Virus record (IMG/VR): IMGVR_UViG_3300021256_000011
Coordinates: 8,789 to 72,788 of that record
From: a virus
Lineage: Duplodnaviria; Caudoviricetes
Length of the DNA: 64,000 bases
Direction: 5' to 3' (one strand)
Below the pieces are notes generated by a model. That model saw only the letters and a program-made list of their open reading frames with translations. It was not told where the DNA came from and did not search any database. Shown here piece after piece: positions 63,722 through 64,000 of the stretch. Within the stretch, counting starts at the first letter, position 1. The number at the start of each line of letters is the position of its first letter. Position numbers and translations under genes: made by a program.

Positions 63722-64000
63722 CTAAGCAGCCTTCTCGACAATCATACCGGTTGCGAGGGTCTGGTTGCCTTCGTTGTCGCGGATGTCCAGGTTCTCGGCC
63801 AGCACAACGGCGTGGATGCGGTACAGACCGTCAGCCAAGGTAAGGTTGGAGGTAATCTTTGCCTTGGGGTAGATCCAGGCACGGTTCAGTTCGTCGTTCA
63901 GAACACCGATAGGACGGGTCATCACGGGAAGAGCAGTGCCAAAGCCAACAGCAGCAACAGTGCCGTCGAACAGGCTAGCGAGAGCGGTGCCAGTGATGTC
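63722..64000 (-). CDS. Probable major tail protein, C-terminal part (truncated at window edge)
   Basis: Frame open to base 64000 (DITGTALASLFDG...MTRPIGVLNDE...); position upstream of the chaperones. Confidence 0.65.
   Translation of the reverse strand, partial: DITGTALASLFDGTVAAVGFGTALPVMTRPIGVLNDELNRAWIYPKAKITSNLTLADGLYRIHAVVLAENLDIRDNEGNQTLATGMIVEKAA

Noticed and set aside
1-64000. CRISPR array or mini-array
   Set aside because: No run of identical 25-45-bp repeats with unique spacers. The 25-bp palindromes vary internally and are irregularly spaced.
1-64000. Stop-codon recoding (TAG/TGA reassignment)
   Set aside because: Very long ORFs are intact under code 11, and TAG/TGA ends are followed directly by the next gene's start.
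1-64000. Prophage boundary or host genes
   Set aside because: No tyrosine integrase, att-like repeat or bacterial housekeeping gene recognised. The whole window reads as phage, so lifestyle cannot be determined from it.

Overview
This is a 64-kb segment of a long-tailed dsDNA bacteriophage (siphovirus-like gene order), most likely infecting a Bacteroidota host. The host call rests on recurrent TAnnTTTG -7 promoter boxes, A-rich start regions without Shine-Dalgarno sites, and DUF3127/DUF6371-like genes. Layout: (i) 1-17.2 kb, minus strand, replication/recombination/packaging-adjacent module: homing endonucleases, putative TerS, VRR-NUC, SF2 helicase, C5 methylase, YqaJ exonuclease, beta-clamp-like protein, PAPS-reductase-like protein, primase and D5-type SF3 helicase, MazG. 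(ii) 17.2-18.4 kb, non-coding divergence point with iteron-like repeats and five 25-bp spaced palindromes. (iii) 18.4-36.7 kb, plus strand, about 50 small early/accessory genes including a serine recombinase, a GP88-like protein and an XRE regulator. (iv) 36.7-64 kb, minus strand: an orphan operon, lysis genes, tail fibres, a 3200-aa tail protein, tape measure, tail chaperones with a -1 frameshift, and the 3' end of the probable major tail gene. The most unusual signal is RNA-level. Three tRNA-shaped elements keep intact acceptor, D and T arms but each has a different non-decoding anticodon arm. They sit with an ACCA-tailed minihelix and other hairpins. There is also a shared pseudoknot/switch-like leader upstream of two endonuclease-containing units, and a ~500-nt ORF-free structured region. 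No database searches or folding programs were run; family names come from motif recognition and are hypotheses.
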